Part shown: positions 50,638 through 61,765 of the stretch, one piece after another
Numbering within the stretch: position 1 is the first letter of the stretch
Layout of the letters: every line of letters begins with the position of its first letter
Source of the DNA: an uncultured delta proteobacterium
GTDB taxonomy: Bacteria > Desulfobacterota > Binatia > UBA9968
Direction of reading: 5' to 3'
Length of the DNA stretch: 64,000 bases
Assembly (NCBI GenBank): GCA_963771465.1
Contig: CAVYTU010000015.1
Span: forward strand, 320,001 to 384,000
Translations under genes and position numbers: made by a program
Notes under the pieces: generated by a model
The model's input: the letters and a program-made list of their open reading frames with translations, nothing else
Told to the model about the DNA's origin: nothing
The model's database searches: none

Positions 50638-51746
50638 ACGCCGCGCGCATCCGATTCTCCACGCTCCCCGTTGGCGGGATTCTTGACCGCTATTTGGCGA
50701 CGGGATTCCTAAGAATTTTTTTCATAAGCTTAGCGGTCATTACGTCCTTGTACGTCACCGTCGACTTCTTCGATCGAATCGGATCTCTGCTCGACTCCGG
50801 TGCGCCGTTCCTGACCGTGGTCCGTTATTTCTTTTTCAAAGCTCCTTTGCTGATATCGCGCGTTATCGGCTTCGCCACGCTTTTTTCCACGTTATTTTGT
50901 CTCGGCATGCTCGTACGCACTCACGAGATCACGGCGATCCGATCCAGCGGCATTAGCGTCCAGCGAATCGCCCTGCCATTACTGATTTTATCGTTATTCA
51001 TTTGCGCGTTAGCTTTTGTCTGGAATGAAAGCCTGGTGCCTGCGTTCGCCCACCGTGCGCAAACCATTTATCGGACCGAAATTAAGAATCGACAGCAACA
51101 GAGTCTAATCGGCACCCATGACATCTGGATCCGCGGCGATTCTAGTTTTATCAATATCGATCGCTTCGACACCCGAAGCGGCACCTTGGAGAGTATCACG
51201 CTGTTTCTCCTCAATCGCGACTTCAGCCTGCGTGCCTTGGTCGAGATTCCCAAGGCTCAGTGGATCGAGAATCGCTGGAAGACCAACGAAGCGACCGAGT
51301 GGAATTTGCAGGACGACGGCAAAATGGTGAAGCGTGCAACCAGCGTCGCCTTGCCGATAACGGAGACGCCGGCGGATTTGACGGCGCTGGCGCGCCTTGC
51401 CGATGAATTCACCTTTTTCGATCTTCAAAAACAAATCGCGGATTTGAAAAGTAAAGGAATCGATGCGACGGCCTATGAGGTAGACCTCCAGTCAAAGTTG
51501 GCCATTCCACTGATTTCACCTCTGATGGTGATGCTGGCGATACCGTTTGCGCTTAAGCGTCAAATGACCACCAACCTGTCACTCAGCTTCGGCATCGCCA
51601 TGCTGATCGGTTTTGGCTATTGGGTCCTCCTAGGATTTTGCACCTCATTAGGTCATAGCGGGGCGTTACCACCAGTTGCGGCAGCGTGGATTCCTAACAC
51701 CATCTTCGTCCTGATCGGGCTTTACTTCATCACCGCCGAACAATAG
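50634..51746 (+). CDS. lptG: LPS export ABC transporter permease LptG
   Basis: ILDRYL, HEITAIRSSGIS, AAWIPN. ATG at 50634 overlaps the lptF stop. Confidence 0.9.
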   Translation: MNAARIRFSTLPVGGILDRYLATGFLRIFFISLAVITSLYVTVDFFDRIGSLLDSGAPFLTVVRYFFFKAPLLISRVIGFATLFSTLFCLGMLVRTHEITAIRSSGISVQRIALPLLILSLFICALAFVWNESLVPAFAHRAQTIYRTEIKNRQQQSLIGTHDIWIRGDSSFINIDRFDTRSGTLESITLFLLNRDFSLRALVEIPKAQWIENRWKTNEATEWNLQDDGKMVKRATSVALPITETPADLTALARLADEFTFFDLQKQIADLKSKGIDATAYEVDLQSKLAIPLISPLMVMLAIPFALKRQMTTNLSLSFGIAMLIGFGYWVLLGFCTSLGHSGALPPVAAAWIPNTIFVLIGLYFITAEQ

Positions 51747-51818
51747 CCTCATCCCTCCGACTTCCCGCTGGCGGCAAATTCGAACTACTTCTGGCCCGTG
51801 TCTCACTCGGCCGCGCAG

Positions 51819-52058
51819 CTAACCCGGATTCCGCGTTTGAAGTAATCGCAGGCGCGAGCCTAAAGTAGTGAAGACACCGAACGGTGCGGTCGCAAAGTAA
51901 ATTGGCCTAGTTGGGACATTCCAAATGACTACCAAGGATTGCTCGGCGGGCAACGATGTCGGTTGCCCGCGCGGAGTAACAAGCCCAATGTCGTCACGGC
52001 GGCAGGATCGCGCCTCGCTCGCTGCTTCAATTTGAATTGAACTGCGCAATCCGTGTTG
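51819..52058. repeat. ~240-bp palindromic MITE/REPIN-like element with terminal copies D and E of the repeat family
   Basis: Left end ctaacccggattccgcgtttgaagt..gcaggcgcgagcct; right end aggatcgcgcctcgc..cttcaatttgaattgaactgcgcaatccgtgttg; internal gcgggcaac/gttgcccgc hairpin. Confidence 0.65.
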
Positions 52059-52071
52059 ATGGGCGAACACC

Positions 52072-52108
52072 AAAAAAAAATCGGCACGGTTTCTACCAAC
52101 CGTGCCGA
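52072..52108 (-). terminator. Rho-independent terminator after rpsI
   Basis: 11-bp stem tcggcacggtt/aaccgtgccga followed by T9 on the minus strand. Confidence 0.9.
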
Positions 52109-52155
52109 CGTAAAATCTCTTTGAACAATTAAGAAGGGCCGATTGAATGAAGCTT

Positions 52156-52548
52156 CTAGCGCTTGGAGTACTGCGGCCGTTTGCGCGCTTTGTGCCGGCC
52201 GTATTTTTTGCGTTCCACTGCACGCGGGTCGCGGGTCACGAAGCCGGCCTTTTTTAGCGGCGCGCGCAGGTCGGCGTTGAGCTTCATCAAGGCACGGGTA
52301 ATGCCATGGCGAATAGCGCCGGCCTGGCCAGAATTTCCGCCGCCGGTGACGTTTACATCGATGTCGAAGCTGCCGCCGGTCTGGGTAACATCGAATGGCT
52401 GCATGACGATCATGCGCGCGGTTTCGCGGCCAAAGTATTCCTGCAACGTCCGGTCATTGATCGTAATATTGCCTTTGCCTGATTTTAAAAAGACCCGCGC
52501 CACGGAAGTCTTTCTTCTGCCAGTTGCGGTAAACACTTTATCTGCCAT
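52156..52548 (-). CDS. rpsI: 30S ribosomal protein S9
   Basis: [38 protein letters not shown]. Confidence 0.98.
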   Translation of the reverse strand: MADKVFTATGRRKTSVARVFLKSGKGNITINDRTLQEYFGRETARMIVMQPFDVTQTGGSFDIDVNVTGGGNSGQAGAIRHGITRALMKLNADLRAPLKKAGFVTRDPRAVERKKYGRHKARKRPQYSKR

Positions 52549-52561
52549 CGAAGTTTCGCTC

Positions 52562-53002
52562 CTACGCTACGATTGCCAAGGGTTGGGGTTTTTGCGCGTC
52601 ATGAGGATGCTCAGCGCCAGCGTACACTTTGAGTTTCGTGACCAGCTTGCGGCTCAACCGATTTTTGGGAAGCATGCCCTTGACCGCCAATTTAACCAGT
52701 TCCTCGGGTTTTTCTTCGAGCATCTGTGCCGCGGTTCGTTGGCGGATGCCTCCGGGATACTCGCTGTGGCGATAGTAAATCTTCTGGTCCAGCTTGGCGC
52801 CGGTCAACTTGAGTTCTCGGGCATTCACGACAATGACAAAATCACCGGCATCCTGATTGGGCGTAAAAATCGGTTTGTGTTTGCCTCTGAGCACTTTAGC
52901 AATTTCAGTGGCCATGCGGCCTAGAATCTTGCCACGCGCGTCGATCACATACCATTGCCGCTGCATCAGCGCATCCGCTTTGTTCATGTTCACTCTCTCC
53001 AC
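52562..53002 (-). CDS. rplM: 50S ribosomal protein L13
   Basis: [29 protein letters not shown]. Confidence 0.98.
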   Translation of the reverse strand: MERVNMNKADALMQRQWYVIDARGKILGRMATEIAKVLRGKHKPIFTPNQDAGDFVIVVNARELKLTGAKLDQKIYYRHSEYPGGIRQRTAAQMLEEKPEELVKLAVKGMLPKNRLSRKLVTKLKVYAGAEHPHDAQKPQPLAIVA

Positions 53003-53039
53003 TCGCTGATAATCTTTCTACTGCATCCGACGAAGTAAG

Positions 53040-53116
<77 letters not shown>

Positions 53117-53203
53117 GACAAAATTCAATTTAGAGTTTCATGTTTCGAGTGCCGCGTTTTAACTCGAAAACTCAAGACTCGGAACTCGAAACCTTAACCT
53201 TTC

Positions 53204-53278
53204 TGGTGGGCGGTACAGGATTTGAACCTGTGACCCCCGGCTTGTAAGGCCGATGCTCTCCCGCTGAGCTAACCGCCC
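53204..53278 (-). tRNA. tRNA-Val(TAC)
   Basis: GGGCGGT...TCGGC-CTTACAA-GCCGG...ACCGCCCACCA. Confidence 0.97.
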
Positions 53279-53583
53279 CTTCGCCAAAAATTCTCACTCG
53301 CAAGTTGGCCGAGGCTCCTTCGACCCTAGTTGTATATGTCACCTTCGCTATTGCTATTTAATTCACGAAAAAAACTTTAAGAGGCGAACATGCCGAGGTT
53401 TTACCGTCATCCCAAGGCCCAGGCTGACCCAGCGCGTTAATTTATCCTCACTCAGCCATTGCGATTCCAAAAATTTTTGTTTATGGAGATAGGCTTCCCG
53501 AAACTTAAATTTATCAAGAAGGCGATAATTCACTTAGCGCACCGGCCCAAATATCCCTAATGCAAGGCGCTTTTATAACAGTC

Positions 53584-53615
53584 ACGCTGCCGGGTGTCAA
53601 ATCACCCGGCAGCGT
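53584..53615 (-). terminator. Hairpin after lon (likely terminator)
   Basis: Perfect 13-bp stem acgctgccgggtg/cacccggcagcgt; weak U tail. Confidence 0.55.
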
Positions 53616-53635
53616 TCGGAAGTGAACTAGTAGAG

Positions 53636-56101
53636 TTATTGGGGCAGAATTTCGCTCGCGGGAACGTCTTCGACCTTATCTGGAAATGTCGGGGAGTCAT
53701 CCTTCGCCTGAGACTCGAGTTCCATATGGCGAAAGAGGCTATTCGGATCGTCGAGAATAAGGGCCTTCTTCAAGACCTCGTCTACATGCGAGACCAGTTC
53801 GAGTTCGACGGTCTTGAGTACGGCAGCGGGAATTTCTTCGATGTCTTTCTCGTTATCCGCGGGAATTAGGACTTTCTTTATACCAGCGCGATGCGCCGCC
53901 AACACTTTCTCTTTCAAACCGCCGATCGGCAACACCGAACCGCGCAGGGTGATTTCTCCGGTCATCGCCAAATCGTTGTGCACCGGGATTTTCATCAGTG
54001 CCGACACCAGCGAAGTCGCCATGGTGATTCCGGCTGATGGGCCGTCCTTAGGAATCGCACCCTCCGGGACATGAATATGAATATCGAGTTTCTGATAAAA
54101 GTCCTTTTCCAGACCCAACTCGGCCGCCCGAGAACGAACATAGCTCATCGCCGCGCGCGCGGATTCTTGCATCACGTCGCCGAGTTTTCCGGTAATAATC
54201 AACTGGCCTTTGCCTGGCATGACCGTCACTTCAGTGGCCAGCAATTCGCCGCCCATCTCCGTCCAGGCCAAACCCGTGGTGACACCGATTTTGACCTCGG
54301 TATCAACCTTGCCATAACGAAACTTGATCGGGCCTAGATACTTATGGAGTCCCTTGGTGCCAACTTGGATGTGGGAGTTGCGATCTTTGCGCACGACCTC
54401 TACAGCGACCTTGCGGCAAATCGAGGCGATCTCGCGTTCTAGATTGCGCACGCCAGCTTCCTTCGTATAGTGCCGGATGACACCAAGCAGCGCATTGTCA
54501 GTGAAAGCCAGATTCTCCGGCGTTAAGCCGTTGGCTTCCTTTTGCTTTTCCAGTAAATATTTTTTCGCTATGCTCAGTTTCTCAAGTTCGGTGTAACCCG
54601 CGATGCGAATGATCTCCATACGGTCTTGCAACGGCCGAGGGATACGATCCAACGAATTGGCAGTTGTAATAAACATCACTTTCGACAGATCGAAATCGAG
54701 ATCGAGATAGTGATCGTTAAACGTCGTGTTCTGCTCGGGGTCTAATACTTCCAGCAACGCCGACGACGGATCGCCGCGGAAGTCGGTCGACATCTTGTCG
54801 ATTTCATCCATCAAAAACACCGGGTTGCTCGATCCGGCTTTCTTCATCGACTGAATGATTTTTCCGGGCATCGCGCCGATATAAGTGCGCCGATGGCCGC
54901 GAACTTCCGCTTCATCGCGAACGCCGCCAAGAGAAACCCTGATAAATTTTCGGCCGGTGGAGCGAGCTATGGAACGGCCCAGAGAAGTTTTGCCGACACC
55001 CGGAGGGCCAACCAGACAGAGAATCGGCCCCTTGATCTTGCCGACCAAGCTTTGCACCGCAAGATATTCGAGGATGCGCTCCTTTACTTTTTCCAAACCG
55101 TAATGATCTTCCTCGAGAATTCGCTCCGCCTCGTTGATATCGAGTTTATCGTCGGTAAATTCGTTCCACGGCAAACTGATAATCCAATCGATATAGTTCC
55201 GCACCACCGTCGCTTCCGCCGACATGGGCGACATCATTTTCAGCTTCTTGAGCTCTTTATCGACTTTGTCCTTGGCCTCGGCGGAAAGTTTTTTCTGCTT
55301 GAGCTTTTCTTCAATTTCCTGAATCTCGTTTTTGAACTCGTCTTTTTCACCAAGCTCTTTTTGGATCGCGCGCATCTGCTCGTTGAGATAGTACTCTTTT
55401 TGCGAGCGCTCCATTTGCTTCTTGACGCGCGAGCGAATGCGCCGCTCGACTTCAAGAATCTCAATTTCGGCGCGCATATGGCCGAGGACTTTTTCCAACC
55501 GCTCCGCGGCGTTGAAAGTTTCGAGCAGATTCTGCCGGTCGTCGAGTTTAATGCCGAGGTGAGCGACGATGGTGTCACCCAAACGGCCAGGATCGTCGAT
55601 GGATGAAACCGACATGACCATTTCCGGCGGGATCTTTTTCTTGAGCTTTACGTAATTTTCAAAAGTGGTGTGAACTTCCCGCACCAAGGCTTCGATTTCG
55701 GTGTTACGCTCGACGATCTCCGGCGCCTCTTCAACTTCCACCAAGAAATAATCTGGGTTGGCAACAAAGCGTGCAACCTTAGCCCGCTTCTTGCCCTCGA
55801 TTAAAACTTTGACGGTGCCGTCGGGCAGCTTAAGCATCTGCACCACCGAACCCAAGGTGCCGATCTTATAGATATCGTCCTCTGCCGGCTCGTTGGTTTT
55901 GGCGTCTTTCTGCGACGACAAGAAAATCAAACTTTGTTTCTGCGTCGCTTCCTCCAGCGCCTTGATCGAGCGCTGTCGGCCGACAAATAGCGGCACTACC
56001 ATATGGGGGAATACGATAATGTCCCGTAGCGGCAATAGCGGCACGCGGGTCACGCCGCCACCGGGGTCCTTGTCGTCTTTTTTCTCATTGCGAAACAGCA
56101 T
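53636..56101 (-). CDS. lon: ATP-dependent protease La (Lon)
   Basis: [35 protein letters not shown]. Confidence 0.98.
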   Translation of the reverse strand: MLFRNEKKDDKDPGGGVTRVPLLPLRDIIVFPHMVVPLFVGRQRSIKALEEATQKQSLIFLSSQKDAKTNEPAEDDIYKIGTLGSVVQMLKLPDGTVKVLIEGKKRAKVARFVANPDYFLVEVEEAPEIVERNTEIEALVREVHTTFENYVKLKKKIPPEMVMSVSSIDDPGRLGDTIVAHLGIKLDDRQNLLETFNAAERLEKVLGHMRAEIEILEVERRIRSRVKKQMERSQKEYYLNEQMRAIQKELGEKDEFKNEIQEIEEKLKQKKLSAEAKDKVDKELKKLKMMSPMSAEATVVRNYIDWIISLPWNEFTDDKLDINEAERILEEDHYGLEKVKERILEYLAVQSLVGKIKGPILCLVGPPGVGKTSLGRSIARSTGRKFIRVSLGGVRDEAEVRGHRRTYIGAMPGKIIQSMKKAGSSNPVFLMDEIDKMSTDFRGDPSSALLEVLDPEQNTTFNDHYLDLDFDLSKVMFITTANSLDRIPRPLQDRMEIIRIAGYTELEKLSIAKKYLLEKQKEANGLTPENLAFTDNALLGVIRHYTKEAGVRNLEREIASICRKVAVEVVRKDRNSHIQVGTKGLHKYLGPIKFRYGKVDTEVKIGVTTGLAWTEMGGELLATEVTVMPGKGQLIITGKLGDVMQESARAAMSYVRSRAAELGLEKDFYQKLDIHIHVPEGAIPKDGPSAGITMATSLVSALMKIPVHNDLAMTGEITLRGSVLPIGGLKEKVLAAHRAGIKKVLIPADNEKDIEEIPAAVLKTVELELVSHVDEVLKKALILDDPNSLFRHMELESQAKDDSPTFPDKVEDVPASEILPQ

Positions 56102-56109
56102 AAACCCTC

Positions 56110-57363
56110 CTAAGCGCTCTCCGCTGCCTTGGTGTATACCACAATCGGAGGATCATGTTTTTCCACGACGTCCTCGGAGATAACGACTTCCTTGATATTC
56201 GGCTGCGAAGGCATGTCGTACATGATATCCAACATGATGTTTTCCATGATTGCCCGGAGCCCGCGCGCGCCTGATTTCCGCTTCATGGCGTCGCGGGCGA
56301 TCGCCCGCAGCGCCTCTTCAGTGAATTTCAAATGCACCGATTCCATGTCAAACAACTTCGAGTACTGCTTGGTCAAAGCATTCTTTGGTTCCTTCAGGAT
56401 ACGTACCAACGCGGATTCATCCAATTCATCGAGGGTGGCGATCACGGGCAGACGGCCGATAAACTCCGGGATGAGGCCGAACTTGAGTAAATCTTCGGTT
56501 TGCACCCCATGTAATAGATCGCTCGCCCGGCGTCCATCTTTGTCTTCCAGCTGACCCCCAAAGCCCATGCGCTTACGGCCGATGCGTCGGCGAATGATAT
56601 CATCCAGGCCGACGAACGCGCCGCCGCAGATGAAAAGAATATTGGTCGTATCAACCTGGAGAAATTCCTGCTGCGGATGTTTACGGCCGCCCTTGGGCGG
56701 CACACTCGCCATGGTGCCTTCGATAATCTTCAATAAAGCTTGCTGGACGCCTTCCCCAGAGACATCCCGGGTAATAGACGGATTATCCGATTTCCGGGAG
56801 ATTTTATCGATCTCATCTATATAGACGATGCCGCGCTGTGCTTTTTCAACATCGTAGTCGGCCGCCTGCAAAAGATTGAGAATAATATTTTCGACGTCTT
56901 CGCCGACATAACCGGCCTCGGTCAAACTGGTGGCGTCGGCAATCGTGAACGGCACTTGAAGAAACCGCGCCAGGGTTTGCGCCAAAAGGGTCTTGCCCGA
57001 TCCGGTGGGACCGAGCAGTAAGATATTGCTCTTCTGCAACTCGACGTCGCCAGTCACCATCTGGCTATCAATGCGCTTATAGTGATTATGCACCGCCACC
57101 GCGAGAATTTTCTTGGCGCGCTCTTGACCGATTACGTACTGATCGAGGACGCGCTTGATTTCGGCGGGCTTGGGAACGTTTGACGACGAACTTAGATTTT
57201 CGTCGTGATCGCACTCCTCGGCTATGATGTCGTTACACAGGTCGATGCATTCATCGCAGATGTAAACCGTCGGACCGGCGATCAGCTTGCGAACTTCGTC
57301 TTGGCTCTTGCCGCAAAATGAGCAGACGAGATTTCCTGATCCATGTTCGCCATGCTTTGCCAT
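56110..57363 (-). CDS. clpX: ATP-dependent Clp protease ATP-binding subunit ClpX
   Basis: CSFCGK zinc finger, [20 protein letters not shown]. Confidence 0.98.
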   Translation of the reverse strand: MAKHGEHGSGNLVCSFCGKSQDEVRKLIAGPTVYICDECIDLCNDIIAEECDHDENLSSSSNVPKPAEIKRVLDQYVIGQERAKKILAVAVHNHYKRIDSQMVTGDVELQKSNILLLGPTGSGKTLLAQTLARFLQVPFTIADATSLTEAGYVGEDVENIILNLLQAADYDVEKAQRGIVYIDEIDKISRKSDNPSITRDVSGEGVQQALLKIIEGTMASVPPKGGRKHPQQEFLQVDTTNILFICGGAFVGLDDIIRRRIGRKRMGFGGQLEDKDGRRASDLLHGVQTEDLLKFGLIPEFIGRLPVIATLDELDESALVRILKEPKNALTKQYSKLFDMESVHLKFTEEALRAIARDAMKRKSGARGLRAIMENIMLDIMYDMPSQPNIKEVVISEDVVEKHDPPIVVYTKAAESA

Positions 57364-57387
57364 AGACCCCCCGGTTCTCCCAAACGG

Positions 57388-57990
57388 CTACTTCTTGACG
57401 CTATTTTCGGGCCGAGTCGCGATGACTTCATCGACCAAACCATATTCTTGGGCTTGTTTGCCGGTCATAAACATATCGCGATCAGTATCTTTTTCGATTT
57501 TTTTCAAGCTCTGCCCAGAATGCTTGGTTAAGATGTTATTCAATTCCTCGCGCATGCGAAGAATCTCTCGGGCCTGGATATCGATATCCGTCGCTTGCCC
57601 CTGAAAACCGCCCAGCGGCTGATGAATCATGATACGCGCATGTGGCAAGGCGAATCGCTTAGCTTTGGCGCCGGCGGAAAGTAGGACCGCGGCCATGCTC
57701 GCGGCTTGGCCGACGCAGACCGTGGAAATCTGCGGCCGAACATATTGCATCGTGTCATAGATCGCCAAGCCGGCCGTCACCGCCCCTCCTGGGCTGTTGA
57801 TATAGAAAAAGATATCGCGTTCGGGATCTTCCGATTCGAGAAAAAGCAGCTGCGCGGTGACGAGGTTAGCAACGTCATCGTTTATGACGGAACCGAGAAA
57901 GACAATTCGATCTTTAAGGAGACGCGAATAGATATCATATGCACGTTCGCCACGTCCGGTTTGCTCAACGACAATGGGGATGAAGTTCAT
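57388..57990 (-). CDS. clpP: ATP-dependent Clp protease proteolytic subunit
   Basis: [28 protein letters not shown]. Confidence 0.98.
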   Translation of the reverse strand: MNFIPIVVEQTGRGERAYDIYSRLLKDRIVFLGSVINDDVANLVTAQLLFLESEDPERDIFFYINSPGGAVTAGLAIYDTMQYVRPQISTVCVGQAASMAAVLLSAGAKAKRFALPHARIMIHQPLGGFQGQATDIDIQAREILRMREELNNILTKHSGQSLKKIEKDTDRDMFMTGKQAQEYGLVDEVIATRPENSVKK

Positions 57991-58022
57991 GAGTAGCGAA
58001 ACCCCTCGTACATGAAAGCATT

Positions 58023-59345
58023 CTAGCTTTTTTCACCCGGCTCATCAACCTTAGAAGCCGGCGGATCCACTTCTTTTATTTGCGCCCGTTCGAGTAAATA
58101 CCCAAGAGTTCGGTCAAATACTATCTGTGCACGCAAATCGTCGCGTGCTTCAGGCCGCGCATAGTACTCACGCACACTTTTGGCGCGATCGCCGGCGGAT
58201 CGCGCCAGGTTATCGACGCGCTCTTGGATGTCTTGCTCGTTAATTTCGATATTTTCTTGTTGGGAGATTTTTTCCACCAATAAGGTCGCTTGCACTTGCC
58301 GCGCCGCACGCCCTTCCAAATTCTTACGCGCATCCTCCATCGGCGGCGCCGCATCGGCCTCCGCGCCCGCTTGCTGGATTTGACTCTGGTAGCGCTCCAT
58401 CAAGTAACGGGTTTGCCGCTCAACCATCGAGGGTGGAATCGTCAGCGCGTGGTTCTCAATCAAACGGCTCATGATCTTTTCCTTAAGATCCTCGTCCTGA
58501 TAATGCTTGAGTTCTCCCTCGAGGCGCTGGCGGATCGCCGCTTTCAGCTCGTCAAGCGAACCGTGTTCGCCGTGATCCTTGGCGAATTCGTCGTCGAGCG
58601 TAGGCAACACTTTTTGCTTGATCTCACGCGCGACAATGGAAAAATCGACCGTTTTACCGGCAATTTCCTTATTCGGATAGTTTTCCGGATAGGTCACGGG
58701 CACCGACTGGCGCTCGCCGATTTTGAGGCCGACGACGGCCTCTTCAAACTTCGGCAGGGCCTGTCCCGAGCCCACTTCGATCGTATAGTTTTCGCCCTTG
58801 CCGCCCGAAAACGGTTTGCCTGCGATAGTACCTTCGAAGTCGAGGGTGACAAAGTCGCCAGTTTGAACAATATCCCGACCCTCGACGAGTTCGAGCCGCG
58901 CGTGACCTTCTTGGATACGCTTAAGCGCGTCCTGCACCTGATCATCGGCGACGCTGATTTTAACTTTCTCAACTTCGACGCCCAGGTAGTCCTTTACTTG
59001 GATCTCCGGTTTGATTTCGAACACCGCGGAGAACGAAAAATCACTGCCTTCGCTGAGATCGTTGGCCTCAACTTCCGGGCGCGAGACGATCTGCAAGCCG
59101 CGCTCCTTAATTACTTCGCCCAAGGATTCTTCAACTAAATGGGATTTGACTTCGCCTTTGACCTCTTCACCGTAGATGCCTTGGAGCACGCTGCGCGGAA
59201 TCTTGCCGGTGCGAAAGCCTTTGACTCGCACCCGGTTGCCGAGATTCTTGTAGGCATGAGCAAACTCACTGGCAACGGCTTCCGCCGGCAACTCGACGCG
59301 GACTTTACGCTGCACCGGACTCAATTCATCGATATCGATTTTCAT
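58023..59345 (-). CDS. tig: Trigger factor
   Basis: GFRTGKIP ribosome-binding motif, FKBP domain; tig-clpP-clpX-lon order. Confidence 0.96.
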   Translation of the reverse strand: MKIDIDELSPVQRKVRVELPAEAVASEFAHAYKNLGNRVRVKGFRTGKIPRSVLQGIYGEEVKGEVKSHLVEESLGEVIKERGLQIVSRPEVEANDLSEGSDFSFSAVFEIKPEIQVKDYLGVEVEKVKISVADDQVQDALKRIQEGHARLELVEGRDIVQTGDFVTLDFEGTIAGKPFSGGKGENYTIEVGSGQALPKFEEAVVGLKIGERQSVPVTYPENYPNKEIAGKTVDFSIVAREIKQKVLPTLDDEFAKDHGEHGSLDELKAAIRQRLEGELKHYQDEDLKEKIMSRLIENHALTIPPSMVERQTRYLMERYQSQIQQAGAEADAAPPMEDARKNLEGRAARQVQATLLVEKISQQENIEINEQDIQERVDNLARSAGDRAKSVREYYARPEARDDLRAQIVFDRTLGYLLERAQIKEVDPPASKVDEPGEKS

Positions 59346-59482
59346 CGCGAAATTTGACAATTGGCTTTTTCGTCAACTATGATCTGAAGATAACAGGCTG
59401 TCATGAGCGCCCCAAAACATTCGACGATCGGCCACAAAACCTTTCTTTGGTATTTTGATCGGTCAATTTATCGGCACTTTGC

Positions 59483-59565
59483 TGGTGCGAGAGGGGGGAC
59501 TCGAACCCCCACGGTTGCCCGCTAGATCCTAAGTCTAGTGCGTCTGCCAATTCCGCCACTCTCGC
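59483..59565 (-). tRNA. tRNA-Leu(TAG)
   Basis: GCGAGAG...CTAGA-CTTAGGA-TCTAG...CTCTCGCACCA. Confidence 0.96.
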
Positions 59566-59593
59566 CAACCCCAACTTTGCCGACTAGGAAAGG

Positions 59594-59622
59594 AGAGTAA
59601 GAATTAGCTACTGCTAAGTCAA
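59594..59622 (-). promoter_or_regulatory. Putative sigma70 promoter for tRNA-Leu/tig operon
   Basis: Minus strand TTGACT-N17-TACTCT, 28 nt upstream of the tRNA. Confidence 0.6.
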
Positions 59623-59876
59623 GCGCAATCAAGCTTATGTGCGCGAAGTGTCGCACGTTTTGCCAAACCCAACGACGCAGAATTTTCGCCGCACGCTGCG
59701 GCAACGAGGATGATATCGTCGACGCGGCTAACCGAGCCTGTCGAACAGGTCAGGCGAGCTACTGCTGCCGGTGAGAATAATCGCCGCGTTACCGACTTTC
59801 TCTATGTACGTCATGGCAGTGTCATGCTTTGGCAAGGCAAAGCCGGGGAAAACAATCGGTGACGCGATTATGATTT

Positions 59877-60191
59877 TTATTTCGCCTTAACAGCGCAATC
59901 CGTACAGGGACAAAGGGCGCGCAGGTAATCGAAACTGTAAATTCCCGTAGTGTGGCCGTCGTGCCAGTGCAGTTCGACGGCATAGTTGCCAACTCCGCGG
60001 ATTCCATCCAGCACCGCGCCGGGAACAACGACAAAGCGGCGCTCCGGTCCATGTCCTTGACAAAGCGCGCAGGGACAGTGACCACGCAGATATTCTTGTT
60101 CATACTCGCCGACATGTCCATCGTCCCACGAAATACGCACCGCGCCGCGCGCCTTAATATGGTTAATCTCGGTTGGAAATGCAGCGGCCAT
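59877..60191 (-). CDS. DUF971 / GBBH-like N-terminal domain protein
   Basis: WDDGH..YLR..CPCALC, VGNYAV..W.DGH.TGIYSFDYLR. Confidence 0.88.
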   Translation of the reverse strand: MAAAFPTEINHIKARGAVRISWDDGHVGEYEQEYLRGHCPCALCQGHGPERRFVVVPGAVLDGIRGVGNYAVELHWHDGHTTGIYSFDYLRALCPCTDCAVKAK

Positions 60192-60200
60192 GACAGCGGC

Positions 60201-60725
60201 TCAGAGTTCGACCAGACCATCGTTGATGGCGGTCATAAATCCGATTCGGTTTCGGTTGAGTAGATAAGTTCGCGGCGCTATCTCTGGACGATCCACTATA
60301 GTCGCCGCGGTCACCGGAAAAAATCGGCTTGTCTCGACCAATAGATCGTGCAATGCCGCGCCGGGAACCAAATGGACATCGCCGTGAAGTAAATAAGGTC
60401 CAACGCTGAAAAGCGCCTTGCTCGTTTCTTTCTGCACGTAAAAGCTTTCGATGCCCGCGCGCTGGGTCTGACTCTGCGGGCTCAGATCTGCGATGAGAAA
60501 TACTTCGCGCATGTAAACCAAATATTCATCCGCGCCAACCACTAGCGGTTTACGATTGGCGCTTTCCATCGTGACATCCTTGAGCGAAAAGATCTCCTCA
60601 CCCTCGCGCAGCACCAGATAGTTGCTCAGCCGTTCCTGATTGGTAACGAGCACGCCGCGCACCACAGCCGCTTGGAAATAAACCTCCAAGGGCATGGTGT
60701 AAGTTAGACCTGGATCCGGTGACAC
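60201..60725 (-). CDS. Hypothetical protein (possibly DUF6812-like, internal duplication)
   Basis: 174-aa ORF; V.G.....RLS.YL and L.GDVH......L.DLL.....FFPVT.ATI..LLNR..I pattern recognised by eye only. Confidence 0.5.
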   Translation of the reverse strand: MSPDPGLTYTMPLEVYFQAAVVRGVLVTNQERLSNYLVLREGEEIFSLKDVTMESANRKPLVVGADEYLVYMREVFLIADLSPQSQTQRAGIESFYVQKETSKALFSVGPYLLHGDVHLVPGAALHDLLVETSRFFPVTAATIVDRPEIAPRTYLLNRNRIGFMTAINDGLVEL

Positions 60726-60867
60726 TGAATTATACCCGCCTAGGTGAGAGATTATGTCACCGCGAGTCGCGCTTCACAACTGAATTTGTCACTGGCCTCG
60801 ACTAACGGAAGAAGATGTCGCAACCCAATTGCCAATGACGGAAGGACGCAACGAGGAATGGAAAAAA

Positions 60868-60913
60868 TGGTGGGCCGCCGGAGACTCGAACTCCGGACCC
60901 GCTGATTAAGAGT
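60868..60913 (-). mobile_element. att site: 3' half of tRNA-Lys(CTT) marking a genomic island boundary
   Basis: Minus strand ACTCTTAATCAGCGGGTCCGGAGTTCGAGTCTCCGGCGGCCCACCA. The 5' acceptor, D arm and 5' anticodon strand are absent, and GC drops to the right. Confidence 0.85.
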
Positions 60914-61041
60914 TCTCAATGAGTCATCTCATGAACCGATATGACCCAGACATCCCCAATGATTTTCGACAGCTTGCTGTGTGATCGTTGGGTTTGTTTG
61001 GGTCTCTTTGGGAATAGTTCTCGGACAGAAAGCGGACAATT

Positions 61042-61245
61042 TTAAGCGGGGTTGGCTTGCGACGCTGAGAGCAACTTCTTGAAGGCTAATCTCAATCTTT
61101 CTTCAAACTTAGCTAACTGAGAATCGCACAAATATTCTGTGGAAACTCCCCGGTCATGTGCTTGGGCTAGAAAATTCCGCACTAACTGGTCAACCTTCTC
61201 ATTAGACTCAGTAGAGAGTTTAGCAGTCAAGAATTCCATGGGCAT
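61042..61245 (-). CDS. Hypothetical small helical protein (67 aa)
   Basis: ORF starts 3 nt after the upstream stop; no recognisable motif. Confidence 0.55.
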   Translation of the reverse strand: MPMEFLTAKLSTESNEKVDQLVRNFLAQAHDRGVSTEYLCDSQLAKFEERLRLAFKKLLSASQANPA

Positions 61246-61248
61246 ATT

Positions 61249-61761
61249 CTATACGTGAATGAGAGGCTGAGTCAAATCGTTCACAGCTTTTACGAGAGCT
61301 TCATATTGCCCAAGCTTTACTGCGTTTGTTCTGTCTGTATCGATCCCACGGTTGATCGCCTCATTTATAAGAAAGCTGTAAAACGTCTCTAGGAGCCTAT
61401 CGATCCCCGATTGATTCGGCAATAAATTACCCCAATACATTTGCCAATTAAAATTCTTAATAACCTGCGTGTAATTGAAGTGGTCTTGTAGCCCTTTACT
61501 ATATCCATTGCTAGTCATTTTTGAATTGACTGACGAGACTCCGACAGAAAAATAACCGTTCAAATAAGTTCGAAGAGCCTCCTCAACTGTATGGCTTGGC
61601 ACCACCTTTATAACTATCCCCTGATATTTATAAAGATCATCATACACGACAACCGTTAAGGCATAGAGCGCGTCAGCGTTTTTAGCATACCACTGATCCA
61701 ATTTAGCGTTCTGTAGCGCCGCAATATCCCCTACTGACAGAGTTGGTCTACTTAGTGGCAT
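61249..61761 (-). CDS. Hypothetical protein (170 aa)
   Basis: Long ORF in AT-rich DNA with tight spacing to both neighbours; no recognisable motif. Confidence 0.75.
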   Translation of the reverse strand: MPLSRPTLSVGDIAALQNAKLDQWYAKNADALYALTVVVYDDLYKYQGIVIKVVPSHTVEEALRTYLNGYFSVGVSSVNSKMTSNGYSKGLQDHFNYTQVIKNFNWQMYWGNLLPNQSGIDRLLETFYSFLINEAINRGIDTDRTNAVKLGQYEALVKAVNDLTQPLIHV

Positions 61762-61765
61762 GAAC

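Noticed and set aside
53279-53583. hupB or a small RNA between lon and tRNA-Val
   Set aside because: No HU-like ORF or convincing structure; it looks like an AT-rich promoter region
60868-60945. Intact tRNA-Lys gene
   Set aside because: 5' half is absent, so it cannot form a cloverleaf; treated as an att fragment
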